From Octopus sinensis (lineage: Eukaryota): a stretch of DNA of 64,000 nucleotides. Made by a program: the position numbers and the translations under genes. The notes below the pieces were generated by a model. That model saw only the letters and a list, made by a program, of their open reading frames with translations, was not told where the DNA came from and did no database searches. The stretch is taken from positions 86,924,001 through 86,988,000 of the forward strand of contig NC_042999.1 in NCBI RefSeq assembly GCF_006345805.1, in the 5' to 3' direction. How positions within the stretch are numbered: the first letter of the stretch is position 1; each line of letters starts with the position of its first letter. Shown here in pieces: positions 51,701 through 63,982 of this stretch.

Positions 51701-52912
51701 CAGATATCATCAGTTACGTCTCATGATACGTTATATATCAGCAAACAATTTGCTTCAACAACAGTACTTTATAACATGAACACCAGAGAACCAGATATCA
51801 GTTATGTTGTCATTGAAATAATGGAAGGCGGCGTTGAACAAGGTCATGTATCCTCAAATATGTTTTATGTCTAATTCTAATAACTATGTGGCTAATAGAA
51901 AATTATTTATAAATTCACCCCTCTGAATCTGGAATAATCTTTCAAAGGCTTTATTTGGAACTCTTCCCAACAATATAATAAAACATTCAGCATTGCAGTA
52001 ATGCTCATAAAATCCTCTGTTCCTGAACCAGAGTGAATCAATCTATTGAATTATTCTTGAAGATCCAACTATCCGGTGTAATTATAGTTCACACAAACGT
52101 ACATATAATAAACATTACATTTCCACCTAATTATATGTTCTGTCTTTCTTAAATTCTTCGCTTTGCTGTAATCACTCAAGAAAACCAGTTTTTACTCACA
52201 GCTACACGTTGTTCTCCCACAGCGTTATATTCATTTCATGGATTTTTAAGGAATTTTACCAATTAATTCCTTCTCCCATACGTCGTCGGTAAGTGACCTT
52301 TCTTCCAGGGCTAAAGTTATGACTATTCTGTACCTTTATTTACACTGATCTCTCTTCCAAAATTATCATCCTCGCCGTAATCACCCCTCCTGGTTTTGGG
52401 CTTCTGGGCTCCGACCGGTTGGAGTTAGAATTAAATATTGATATGACTTCCATTCAAGCGGATTGTTTGGCTTGGTAATCCTAATGACACCTTATCAACT
52501 TCCAGAACATAGGCGCCGTTTGTTTGTCTGTTTTTGACAAGTATTTTTTTAAAATCCTGCTGGGTGCCCCGGTCACTTCAACCATGTTACCTCACACATG
52601 CTTGGAATTTTTTCTCCTTCTTTCGACCTTTCCTCTTTCCTCTTTCTGACGTGAAGAGCCATGCTCGAAACATTATACACCCAATCCTTTTTCTTCTTAT
52701 ACTGAGTGTCAAGCAAATACATTTCATGTATACGTCATTTTGACTTTTGCTGTTTTGTTATTTGTTATTTTTAATTATCTATTTGCCTACATACATACAT
52801 ACATACATATATACATACATACATACATACATACATACATACATACATACATACATACATACATACATACATACATACATACACACACACACATACATAC
52901 ATATATATATAT

Positions 52913-52943
<31 letters not shown>

Positions 52944-52944
52944 T

Positions 52945-52977
<33 letters not shown>

Positions 52978-53049
52978 CTATCGTAAACAATAAAAGCGCA
53001 ACAGTAACAGTAATAATGCTTATATATATAGTTCAAATTTACAGAAAAA

Positions 53050-53155
53050 ATAGACGAAGACAGATGTAAGAACAATAAGAAGATGTATTAATTTAACACT
53101 TAAGAAGAATGGAAAAGCCTTTTGCGTTTCGAGCCTACGCTCTTCGACAGAAGTG
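53050..53155 (-). mobile_element. H2 repeat, copy 2, with a degenerate hammerhead-like motif
   Basis: Minus RNA CUU CUGUCGA A GAGC GUAG GCUC GAAAC GCA AAAG; flank matches 16140..16270. Confidence 0.55.
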
Positions 53156-53803
53156 TGCGCGTGTGTATTTCAAGACTGATCGATTAGGATGAAGAAATAG
53201 AAGTAATTTTTAAAAGGCTTACAGCATGTTTCATGGATAAAGCATAATAAAAGCCACAAAACTTCATATATTTCCAAACATCATACTACAAGTAAATCAT
53301 AGATTAATACAAAACTTACAGGCAAATGAAAATCACCGTAATTAGAAATATTTCTTGAAAAAGCTTAATTTTAAAAAAATTAAAAATCCAATAGTCAGAG
53401 AAATTTCTATAAATATATATTTTTTTTTTTTTCAGGTCAGTTAATAAGATTCTAATGACGGGTCCCAAAATGAATGAATTCGGTGCAAACGCTACAGTAA
53501 GTAAAAACTATTATCTAAATCCTTTCAACTCTTATTCTGATTTTGTACAATTGTATTCGGATATCATTGCATACATGCAGATGGCTGTATCTGTTATGTA
53601 TTAGTTTATGTATGTAGTGATACACCTTTGAATACAATATATTGTAAACATGCTTAAAGCAGTTTCATTGATATAAATAGTTTCGTACAGATTAGTGTAA
53701 ATGTCTTCTTGCTTAACTGAACATTTACTTTAATAACGTGGTTGACGGTTAAAATTGAGAGTAACATTTGGTTGACTGTTGGACATTTGAAGGTGTAGGA
53801 TAA

Positions 53804-55676
53804 CACTGGTCACCAAAATGAAACGTTTTTTAATCATCAGAGTCGCTGATTGACTTTTCTGGGTTAATTTTTGATGCTGATTACGAATCTGAAGTCCGAT
53901 TTCCTCTATCAGATGATATTTTCATATTAATGATACCTGCTGTTTTAACTTATAGGATACGTAAAGCATGTCTATATAAAGTATATTGACTACAAGGTAC
54001 GATAATTTCATGGCTTTTTACTGTTCAAAATTAAATTTATAGTGTACAAATAAGTTAGAATAAACTCAACTGCATAACAACTTAAAATCTTCGGGATTTG
54101 GACCTTCTATAGTGTTTTGTCTCAGGTTCATCCCTGTATAACATCCAACAGTAGTCAGCTGACATTCCTGCATTCCAAAATCCTTGATATTGTTGTTCCA
54201 TCGATGGAGCAACAACAGTTTTCCCTTTGTGATTTTTGGAAATTTGGCCTTCACATATTCAAAACCTTCACGAATTGTTTCATGAGGCTAAGCTTTATGT
54301 GAAGATGGGGAAGAAGAACGTTTTCTGGGTTTAAAAGTGGCTTACTCTGGACGCTAGAAACACCCAGCTCATATGATTTTCGCAAAGGCCATTCTGATTG
54401 CACATAGTGCTTGTTTGTTGCACGACTGTCCCATAGGCATAAAAAGCAACAATATTTCGTGAACCCATATTGCATTCCCATCAACATTCCAATCACCTTC
54501 AAGTCTCCACATATTTTCCAGCTGTAGTTTGTATACTTTATGGCATTGAGGAGTTCTTGCATGTTTTCATAACACTCCTTCATGTGCACTGAATGTCCTA
54601 TGGAAATTGATGGTTTCTTATTGCCGTTGTGTAGTAGTACTGCCTTGAGGCTTCTCTTAGACGAATCAATGAATAAGCGCCATTCAGCTGTAACATCTCT
54701 TGAAACAAACGGCGAAATAACTCATCATTGTTATTACTGAAACAAAGTGGTCCATCAGCAGAGAAGCATGAAGTCAGATCCCTATTTCTCTTCCTGAAAT
54801 TAGTAATACAAACATCTTTCTTAAGCAGACACTTTCCGAGATGCAAATAGTTCAGCTTTATCCTTCGACAATGACAAGTCTCTAACTAAATCATTTAACT
54901 CCCCTTGAGAAAATTTCTGAAGGCCATTTTCTGGTGGTATTGGAATAATAAGATCACCATTGTTGTGTGGTACTGGTCTTCTTGCTGATACCAAGTTGGG
55001 ATACACAATCTTATGGTTGGTCTTTACAGTGAACCCACATACATTAACGTTTCAGAAATGACAGTCCATGAAATGATCCTTTGGCTCTCTCCGTATCATA
55101 GGTATTGCAAACAGCATTGCTCTCTTCCTCTTATTTAGCCAATCCCTTAGTCCATTTGAACAAGCTGAGCAGATGATGTGCGGGGCCCAGCTCTTATCTT
55201 GATTCCCGAGAGAGCAGCCAAAGTATAACTGGTAGATCTTGATTTCATTTGTGATGGAACGTTGCTGAGCTTTGGTGGTAAATGAACCACAGACATGGCA
55301 AAATATATCAGGACTGTTCTTGCAATACCTTGACATCCTGAGTAGAATTTGATGATGATGATGACTTGGCACCTTAAACAGAAAGTAAAATTACGGAAAG
55401 AAAAGATTATAAAAACATAAAATTACAAAATGAATACAAATAGTTATAAAACAGAAATCAGAATTTACCTGTATAGGACGTTTACGTGTAGTGATACTGC
55501 TGATGAGAGTTATATACCTGTCTTATCTCATCAGAAAAACTGTGCCTGATAGAAGGAAACCGATTACATTTTTGAAATCTGTGGGCAAATATACATATAA
55601 TAAAATCACCTATAATATCCCTGATTTTTCAAAGTTAGTTATATTTTTTGCCACTTTTTCTTGTTTGCTGCAACTG
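53804..55676 (-). mobile_element. CMC-superfamily (Chapaev3-like) DNA transposon, decayed and internally deleted; transposase about 54082..55336
   Basis: MSRYCKNSPDIFCHVCG..DKSWAPHIICSAC..IPMIRREPKDH, LRGSLKAVLLH, ICGDLKVIGML..YCCFLCLWDSRA, HLHIKLSLMKQFVK, YQGFWNAGMSADYCWMLYRD. One terminus is TAA|CACTG. The superfamily name is from recall. Confidence 0.75.
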
Positions 55677-56576
55677 CTTGACTTGACAGCTTAAATAACA
55701 TGATTGATGTTTTTACTTCGCCGATTAAAGCAACATATTTTAATATCTGTAATAGAAAGAATAATGTGTTCATGGATTATAAATAATAATACTGAAGATG
55801 TGAAACAACTTTTACTACTGTATATATCGTTATTGGCATTTGACCAGGAAGTAACTTCAGTCATAAACTCCTTTAAATCTAATAAAATAGTGTGAAGCAC
55901 TAATGCCGAATGTAATGTGAATTTGACTAAGACAATGCATTTGAAAATAGAAACATTGGTTAGTGGGGGAGGTTTTTGAAAGTTTTTTTAAAAAGTGAAC
56001 TGCCAGTCACTGTTTTCTAATTTCTCATAGCAAGTCACCCTGGCCTTGTTCAATTTCAGAAAAAATTTTAAAAGTCATTACCATAGTGTGCACACTTTCA
56101 AACCTCCACTTATTAGCCAATTGTTTTCTAAATATTTGAGCTTTTTTTTTTTTGTAATTATTTCGTGGTTTTATAACTTAAATATCTTCTTGTACTATAA
56201 AGTATATGGTATGTTTTATGACGATGTATGTATCTGTTGTTATTATACGTTTTCTACATTACAGTCTCGTTTCCTGATTTTCCCCCCACTCTAATATAGA
56301 AACAAGAGAGTTAAGTCGTATAGGCTTTGTAAGAAATTAACTCGGTTTCCACTTTGTAGCCTTGCGGATTTTTCAATTCTAAATGAGTACATTAGTTTGA
56401 ATTGATGAGCTGATACCATCGGTAATTTTTCCAAAATTAAAAAAAAGGTAGTTTTGCATTTCTGGCTTAGTGACTGAAGCTTGGAGACATATTTGGCCAG
56501 TGCCTCTAAAATTCGCCTCAAACCAGCTTCACCTCCAAATCAGCAAAATTGTTTCAGACCCTCTCTGTCTTTCCCT

Positions 56577-56611
<35 letters not shown>

Positions 56612-57059
56612 TTTCTCTCCCATTAAACAGATAAAACAAAGATATTGCTTTAATCTTATATTAAGTTGAATATGCAATTCATTGGCAACTTATATAAAAA
56701 AAGTAAATTCAATAGCCATTCAATTTATGTTCTCTCTTCTTCACACTCTTTGTAACAGGCATCATTGTAGATGTCTTAATCCAGAGGACTTCCGGGGAAA
56801 AGTTATGAGTAATATTACTTCCCTTTTCTAAGTATTTATTTAGAACATTTACAAATGGAGAAGTCTTACGAAACCTATACCTAATGGCGATACATATTTC
56901 AAAACTGTTTCTACTAGTTGCTGCAAATGCTAGCTCCAATGATAACTTTTCTGCTGCTACCGTAATGTAGTTAAGACTGTATCCAAGAGACTCATCTTTT
57001 TATTAGGAGCTAGAAAATACTTTAACTCTAATTAGTTACTGACTCTTCCTATAAAGCTC

Positions 57060-57400
57060 AAGTACGACCCACCATAGAATAGCGTTCATATATCTAAGAG
57101 GGCGCCACTACTACTCAAACAAAAATCAAGAACGCTTCCAAAAAGAAGTTATTCGCCTAATTAACAAACATTTACTCGTCAACAGACTACAACTCCTGAC
57201 CGAAGACTTGTCTCTTGTTTGCCTCCTCTACCACTATTACAACGTTGCATTCTATTTCCATCCAAATCTACTCAACATGATCACTTCTCTTCTTCATATG
57301 ATCTTCCTACTGTATCTCACTTGATCCTGTTTCCTAGAATCTCAAGTCTCCGGAATTTCAACTTCGCCCATGTTTTCCTACAGACATCTACTTACAAATT
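57060..57400 (+). mobile_element. Old APE-type LINE C-terminal fragment, similar to the 35520..36720 family
   Basis: GATTTQ...QK..IRLINKHLLVNRLQ-like cross-frame reading; weak. Confidence 0.45.
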
Positions 57401-58269
57401 TTCAAGATAACATAAATTGTTTTGATCTTTAACATAAAACTCAGAATTAATTTCAGCATAAATTAGTCGACTGTGAAGGTTGTCTACATTTCCCATCCTC
57501 CACACTAAGGTATAACAATTATTGCTTCTTGCTGTGGATGCATAGTTAACAGTCAAGAAACTGTGGTACTAGTGCGCCCTATATAAAGTTGCATATAATT
57601 GTTCATAGTTCGAGTCCATTTTATTTTGTATCTAAATTATTTTGTTAGCATGAAAATTCACTTGGACAGCAAATTCATATAACGTTTCATTTCAAATGTT
57701 AAGATGGGTGAATTTAAAGTAGAAAGATAGTTATATTCACAGAAACACGGGAAGAAGAAAAGTTGCAAAGTAAAAGAAAAAGAAAGAAGATGATTAAATA
57801 GCGTAAGAAGGGACGAGAAAAGAAGGTAAGAAGGGAAAAGAAAGGAAGAAAAAAAATGGTAGAAAGGGAGGAATAATAACAACGAAATTATCTTTCCATG
57901 TAAAGTTTATATTTTATATAAACATGTGGTGTGGGAAAATGCAGAACACGTTTTAAACTGAAAATCCTGTAAACATTCTGTATTTCAGACCTACTTGATG
58001 TTCTCAGATATAGTTGCATCCGGGGAGAAAAAAGCAGCTGCGGAATGTCGATACCAGTTCCGATTGGACAGATGGAATTGCCCAGAAGAATCCATTATGA
58101 CTCAGAAATCAAGGCTAAGTGGTAATGGAAGTGGTTTTCTTATTGTAGTCTAATAATCAATGATTGTTTTGTTTAAATATTCAGTCTTAAAAAAAATTAT
58201 ATATTCATATCTCCGATTATTTTTTGATGTTGGACTTGAAGAAAAATGCCACAAAACCCATTTTTTGCC

Positions 58270-58760
58270 TTTTATTTGTTTCAGTCATTTGACTGCGGCC
58301 ATGCTGGGGCCCCGTCTTAAAGGGTATAAGTCAAACAAATCGGTGCCTAATATTTGTTCTATCGGTCTCTTTTGCCGAAGCGTACCAAATCCACTCAGAG
58401 GGATTTGGTTGATCCGAGGCTATAGTAGAAAACACTTGCTCAAGGTGGCACGCCTGCGCCTACAAAATAAATCTGAGCTAACGTATGATATGGCTTCATC
58501 GCACCTCTGGTTTCCGAGTAATCTTTTACCTTTTTACCTTTTACCTTTTACTTGTTTCAGTCATTAGACTGTGCCCATGCTGGGGCACCGCCTTGAAGAA
58601 TTTTTAGTCGAATGGATCGACCCCAATCCGTTTTATAAAACCTGGTACTTATTTTATAAGTCTCTTTTGCCAAACCGCTAAGATACGGAGATGTAAATAC
58701 ACCAACACCAGTTGTGAAGCGGTGGTGAGAAATAAACACTGACGCAAAGATACACACACA
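58270..58760 (-). mobile_element. Two partial S2 SINEs (58270-58460 and 58535-58760)
   Basis: Reverse matches to the S2 tail CAGCATGG..CAGTC.AATGACTGAAAC and body. Confidence 0.8.
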
Positions 58761-58856
58761 TGGATCCATCCATCCACTCATCCATCCACTCATCCATCCA
58801 TCCATCCATCCATCCATCCATCCATTCATACATACATACATACATACATACATACA

Positions 58857-58888
<32 letters not shown>

Positions 58889-58999
58889 ACACACACACAC
58901 ACACCACACACACATGACAGAAGTAAATAGACACAATTATAATCATTGAATCTGAAATTATGCATTCAAATTATTTGTTGATTGTTATAATGTGAATAT

Positions 59000-60011
59000 T
59001 TAATATTTAGTAACATGCCCTTTGCATTTTTCAATGCAAGGAACCTATTAAGCATGTTACTGGCCAGATGACGAATATTCTCTTGCGGAATTTCTTGCCA
59101 AGTTTCGTGCAGAAATCTCAAAAGATCTGACTTTGAATATGCTTTCTTGTTCTTTTTATGTAGTGTCCTGTCCATTATGTCCCAGAGGTGTTCAATGGGG
59201 TTCATATCTGGTGACTGGCTTGGCCATGGAAGCTTTTAATGCCATTCTCATCCCATAAATTTTGGGTTATTTTAGCTGTGTTACAAGGAGCCTTGTCTTC
59301 CACAAATAAAGAGTTTTCTTTAACTATTTCACCACTGAAGAAGGCTGGAAGGGGTCCTTTCTGCAATATGGACCTATATTAATCTGAGTTTATGTTTCCT
59401 TCACACTCCACCGGCTCTGATCAACCATTATTCCAAATTGTTCCCCAGACCATCACAGAATATCTGGCATGTTTCATTGTTGGCTGCAATCTTTTCACAT
59501 CAAGTTCTTATCACAGAATCGCCAGACCCACACTCGACTACTGTCGGAAATACAGCAAATCTGGACTTATCAGATAATATAACAGTATCCCAAAATATTA
59601 GCAGTCTCTACACCATCTCACTGGCCCAATCTTTTCTCCGCTTGATGTTGGCTGGTCGAAGAAGTGGCTTCCTTCTTGCTGCTCTGCCATAGTAACCAAG
59701 TTTGTGGAGACACCTGACAGCTGTTCCGGGACTGACATCAACTTGTTCTGTTACGTCAGAAGCCTTGCAACGAGGATTATCCTCCGCACTTTTCTTAGCA
59801 TAGAGAAGGGTCCTGTCAGGGGGCCCTGGTTGATCTGGGCGAGGTGATGTAGATCCCTTCTCCACTCTGGTGAATTCACAATCACTATTTACTGTAGAAA
59901 ACGGGATCCCAAAGTTTTCTGCGATTTTACGCTATGCCCACCTTTAGAATGACCCACTATACGGCCTCTTTGAAATTCAGAGAGTTCCAAGGCTTCTTTT
60001 GTACATGGCAT
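59000..60011 (-). pseudogene. Tc1-family transposase pseudogene
   Basis: MPCTKEALELSEFQRGRIVG (paired-like HTH), RAARRKPLL, LWSWGTI, EDKAPC (DNAP-like), MNPIEHLWD and HVTKY-stop; TIRs not recognised. Confidence 0.9.
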
Positions 60012-60204
60012 GATTAAACAACCACATATAGAACTAGAAACATAAAAATCTCAATTAATAAAAAATATATACCTTTACAAGTTAGAATAAATATAAAACG
60101 ATGTTTTATGGGGTGTCTGTTTACTTCTGTCATGTCTGTGTATATATGACGGGCTGTGTATATATGACCAGATCCACTCATGTCTGTGTATATATGATCA
60201 GATC

Positions 60205-60335
60205 CACTCACAAAGCTTTGGTCGGCCCGAGGTTATAGAAGAAGACACTTGTCCAAAGTTCCACGCAGCGAGACTGAACCTGGAACTATGTGGTTGGGAG
60301 GCAAGTTTCTTACCACACAGCCACGTCTGCGCCTA
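60205..60335 (-). mobile_element. S2 SINE 5' part
   Basis: Reverse match to 14108..14230. Confidence 0.8.
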
Positions 60336-60609
60336 ACTAGAAATTCACTACATATCAAAAGTGTACTTAGCAGTCTGTAATGGTACGATGTTGTGCAGAT
60401 TTGAGTCACACAACTTCAGTCTAATAGCAAAATTACGACAGTCCAGTTTATACGCAACGGTCCTAAAATAAGATTTCATTTTACATCTCTAAACACTTTC
60501 TTTTCTTCATTATTCTTTGTAGTGATATTCTGTACATTCAACTTCGAAAAGAAATGTTCTTCAATCACTTTTGAGCACGATTGTTATATATACCTTCAGT
60601 TATTGTGTA

Positions 60610-61249
60610 CTCTAACTGGGCCTCACATGCAAGGTCATAGGTTATTTATTTTAATATGAGACCATCATGTCTCGCTCATATTGTTATGATTCATGTACCT
60701 AATGTAGTACCAGGCAGTGGCTCTCATGGCTTCTGATCTTAACTGATTGGAAGTGTTATCATGTACATTGTTTTGTCTTGATATAAAAGATGGGCTACAG
60801 CAAATATTCTGCTCAATACCACAGATTTGCTTGTCAGTTGTTTGACCTTAACCAGTTGAGCATGTCCCTTAGTGGCTGACGATATGTGCATCTCTGATCA
60901 CGAGCAGAAGTAGTGAGGGAGCATCATAGCCATGTGTTGAAAGGAATTATTAAAGGTTTGGATAATTCACCTTTGGAAACATGGGTGTTTCGTTCAACAT
61001 CCTTAAACAATCCTTATTCAGGGACCTTTTGAGCAGGATGGGTTACTCGACCTGAAGAAAATTCTAACTGGGCCCCACCCGCAAGGTCATGTGCTGTTTA
61101 TCTTGATATGAGATCACCATGTCGCACACATATGGTTGTGATGCATGTGCCTAGTGTACCCTTATCAGACGGGTAGTCATGATGGGTATACTGGGCTTCG
61201 TATATTTTACCCCAGTGTCACTTTGATGGAATGCACTGCTCTCTCACTC
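60610..61249 (+). mobile_element. Element T, longest copy, with a ~95-bp internal direct repeat and an (AAT)n tail
   Basis: 60614..60710 resembles 61066..61160; ends CTCTCTCACTC|(AAT)n at 61250..61320. Confidence 0.82.
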
Positions 61250-61320
<71 letters not shown>

Positions 61321-61322
<2 letters not shown>

Positions 61323-63210
61323 TCATAGAGCACTCTATGAATAAATGGCAAACAGTCCTACACCTCCAAACAAAAGAGGGACTCATGAAAACCAAAGACA
61401 TCCCCATTAGAAGAGGAATATTCCAGGGAGGTACGCTCTCTCCACTCCTTTTCTGCTGGGCACTGTCACCTCTATCTGATATGCTAAATAGAACTGGATG
61501 CGGATATAAATGTTACGGCAAAACGATCAGCCACCTTTTATATATGGATGACCTAAAACTATACGCTGCAAATGACAAACAGCTGGAAACACTATTAAAG
61601 ACAGTTCATGGATTTACCAAAGAAATAGATATGAAATTTGGATTAGAAAAATGCGCCAAAGTAACCATGAAAAGAGGAAAACTAGTTAAGAGTAACAACA
61701 TCACACTAGATGAAGCAAATGAAATAAAAGAATTAGACCAAAGCCAAACTTACAAATACTTAGGAATCCATGAACTAGATAAGACACAACACACACAAAT
61801 GAAAGAGAAAATAAAAAAAAAAAAGAATATTATAGACGAGTTAGATCAATACTAAACACAGAGCTCAATGCTAAAAACAAGATAATAGGTATCAACACTT
61901 TAGCTGTCCCAGTTATAAGTTACAGCTACAATATCCTTAACTGGACACGAAATGAACTGTCCAAAATAGATAGGAAAACAAGAAAAATACTGACAGGATC
62001 TAGGATGCATCACCCAAAATCTGACATAGAAAGACTATATATACAACGTATAGAAGGTGGTAGAGGCCTTATACAGCTGGAAAACTACTATAAAATAACC
62101 ACCATAGGACTGCAAAAATATCTACTTCAGAAGGAAGGAAAACTGATCCAGATAGCGGCAAAACACGAGCAAAACAAAAACTGTTCTCAGTATTTAAGGA
62201 AGCTGACAAATACAAACAAGAAATCATACCACCTAATAAACATGAAGAAGAAGAAGAAGATGATGAAGAAACAACAAAAGCTATAAAACAAATGAAATCC
62301 AAACTAAAAATAGAACAGCAACGAACCATGATAAAACGATGGCAAGAAAAGCCCCTTCATGGTAAATACTGCACTAAACTAAACGCAAAAGAAATAGACA
62401 AAGAAAAATCCCAGCAATGGTTGAGAAGCTCAGGACTCAAAGCAGAAACAGAGGGATTTTTAATTGCAGCACAAGACCAAAGCCTCCCCACCAGAAATTA
62501 CCAAAAACATGTAATGAAAAGAAATATTACAAGTAACTGCAGAATATGTGGAGATGGACAAGAAACAATAAATCATATTATCTCTAGCTGCCCAGTCCTG
62601 GCTAAGAAGGAATATATTCACAGACATGACAGAGTTGGAACTTACATACATTGGAAGCTATGCCAACATTATGGAATAACAACAGAAAAAAGATGGTATA
62701 GGCACACACCAGAAAAGGTCACAGAAAACGAGAAAGCAACCATACTCTGGGATATGCCGATACACACAGATAGAGAAATTAAGGCCAACAGACCAGATAT
62801 AGTTGTCAGAGACCATGAAGAAAAAAAATGCTTTCTAATTGATGTATCAGTACCGGCAGATGACAACGTGTCTCTAAAAGAAATGGAGAAACTCTCAAAA
62901 TACAAAGACCTGGAAATAGAGGTAACTAGAATGTGGAATCTGAAAACAGAAACAATTCCTATCATAGTAGGTGCATTAGGCATGATAAAAAAATATTCAG
63001 ACAAATACATAACAAAAACACCAGGACTTACAAACACATATAACATACAGAAAATTGCACTACTAGGCACTGCACACATCCTACGCAGAACACTTTCCAT
63101 ACAATAACCATCAGAGCATCACAACAAATCACAGCACATACCCAAGGCACACAGAGCTGCGCTCGGTAGTGAAGTGAAAGCACGCTATAAAAATAAAAAT
63201 AAAACTACTG
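61321..63210 (+). mobile_element. R4/Dong-like LINE family A, copy 4 (5'-truncated, about 1.9 kb)
   Basis: ORFs 61145..61855 (RT motifs GIFQGG.LSP, LYMDDLKLY), 62005..62286 and 62292..63107; 3' junction AAAACTACTG|(AAT)n. Confidence 0.97.
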
Positions 63211-63247
63211 AATAATAATAATAATAATATTTAATAATAATAATAAC

Positions 63248-63329
<82 letters not shown>

Positions 63330-63376
63330 TTTAATAATAATAATAACTATAATAATAATAATAATAATAATAATAA
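63211..63376. repeat. (AAT)n tail with a duplicated interruption
   Basis: Direct reading. Confidence 0.95.
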
Positions 63377-63819
63377 TGCAGAGTGAAACTGATTTTTCTT
63401 TACGTGACGATCGTTTCCATGGTTGTTTATTATTTATACTTCACGTATGCAAAGACTGTGTGAAATATCCGTTTCATGTCATCAAACGTGTTTTGAATTA
63501 TCGGGTTACAACCAATCTACGAGAAATATATCCCAGCAACATAAGAAAAATAGGTGTGTCGACATACTGATCAAATGTAAAAGGCTAGATTTAATATTCA
63601 GCCAATCATCGCACTTATCCACTTAGGCATTTATAAATGACATTTAAAATCATAAATTAAGTTATCATATTGTTGTCATAGCAGTTCTCAGAGAATAGAT
63701 AAACAAACCAGTTAGGCGTTATAAAGACATCAGCGTAGACAAGCGACTAAAAAGGAAACATCCATAACAAGATAACATTAAAGAAATCAAGGCAAAACGC
63801 AACAAACATTAAAATATAT

Positions 63820-63982
<163 letters not shown>

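Noticed and set aside
52223-52288. 66-nt AG..GTAAGT-bounded segment, open in the phase needed to follow the 21899 donor
   Set aside because: The peptide (VIFISWIFKEFYQLIPSPIRR) is unrecognisable, and such short open segments arise by chance in 30 kb
55499-55540. CTGATGAG...GAAAAAC, superficially a hammerhead core
   Set aside because: CTGATGAG is itself paired with CTCATCAG in a simple hairpin, so the topology is wrong
60124-60206. About three copies of a ~30-bp unit (ATGTCTGTGTATATATGA.CAGATCCACTC)
   Set aside because: A local minisatellite next to a SINE's internal repeat, with no unique spacers
4353-63100. Recurrent ORFs such as MESVLRRMCAVPSS..., MYVGSNSVMSVN... and MVRCCSIFSLD...
   Set aside because: They are antisense shadows of the family A LINE ORF and recur only because the LINE does
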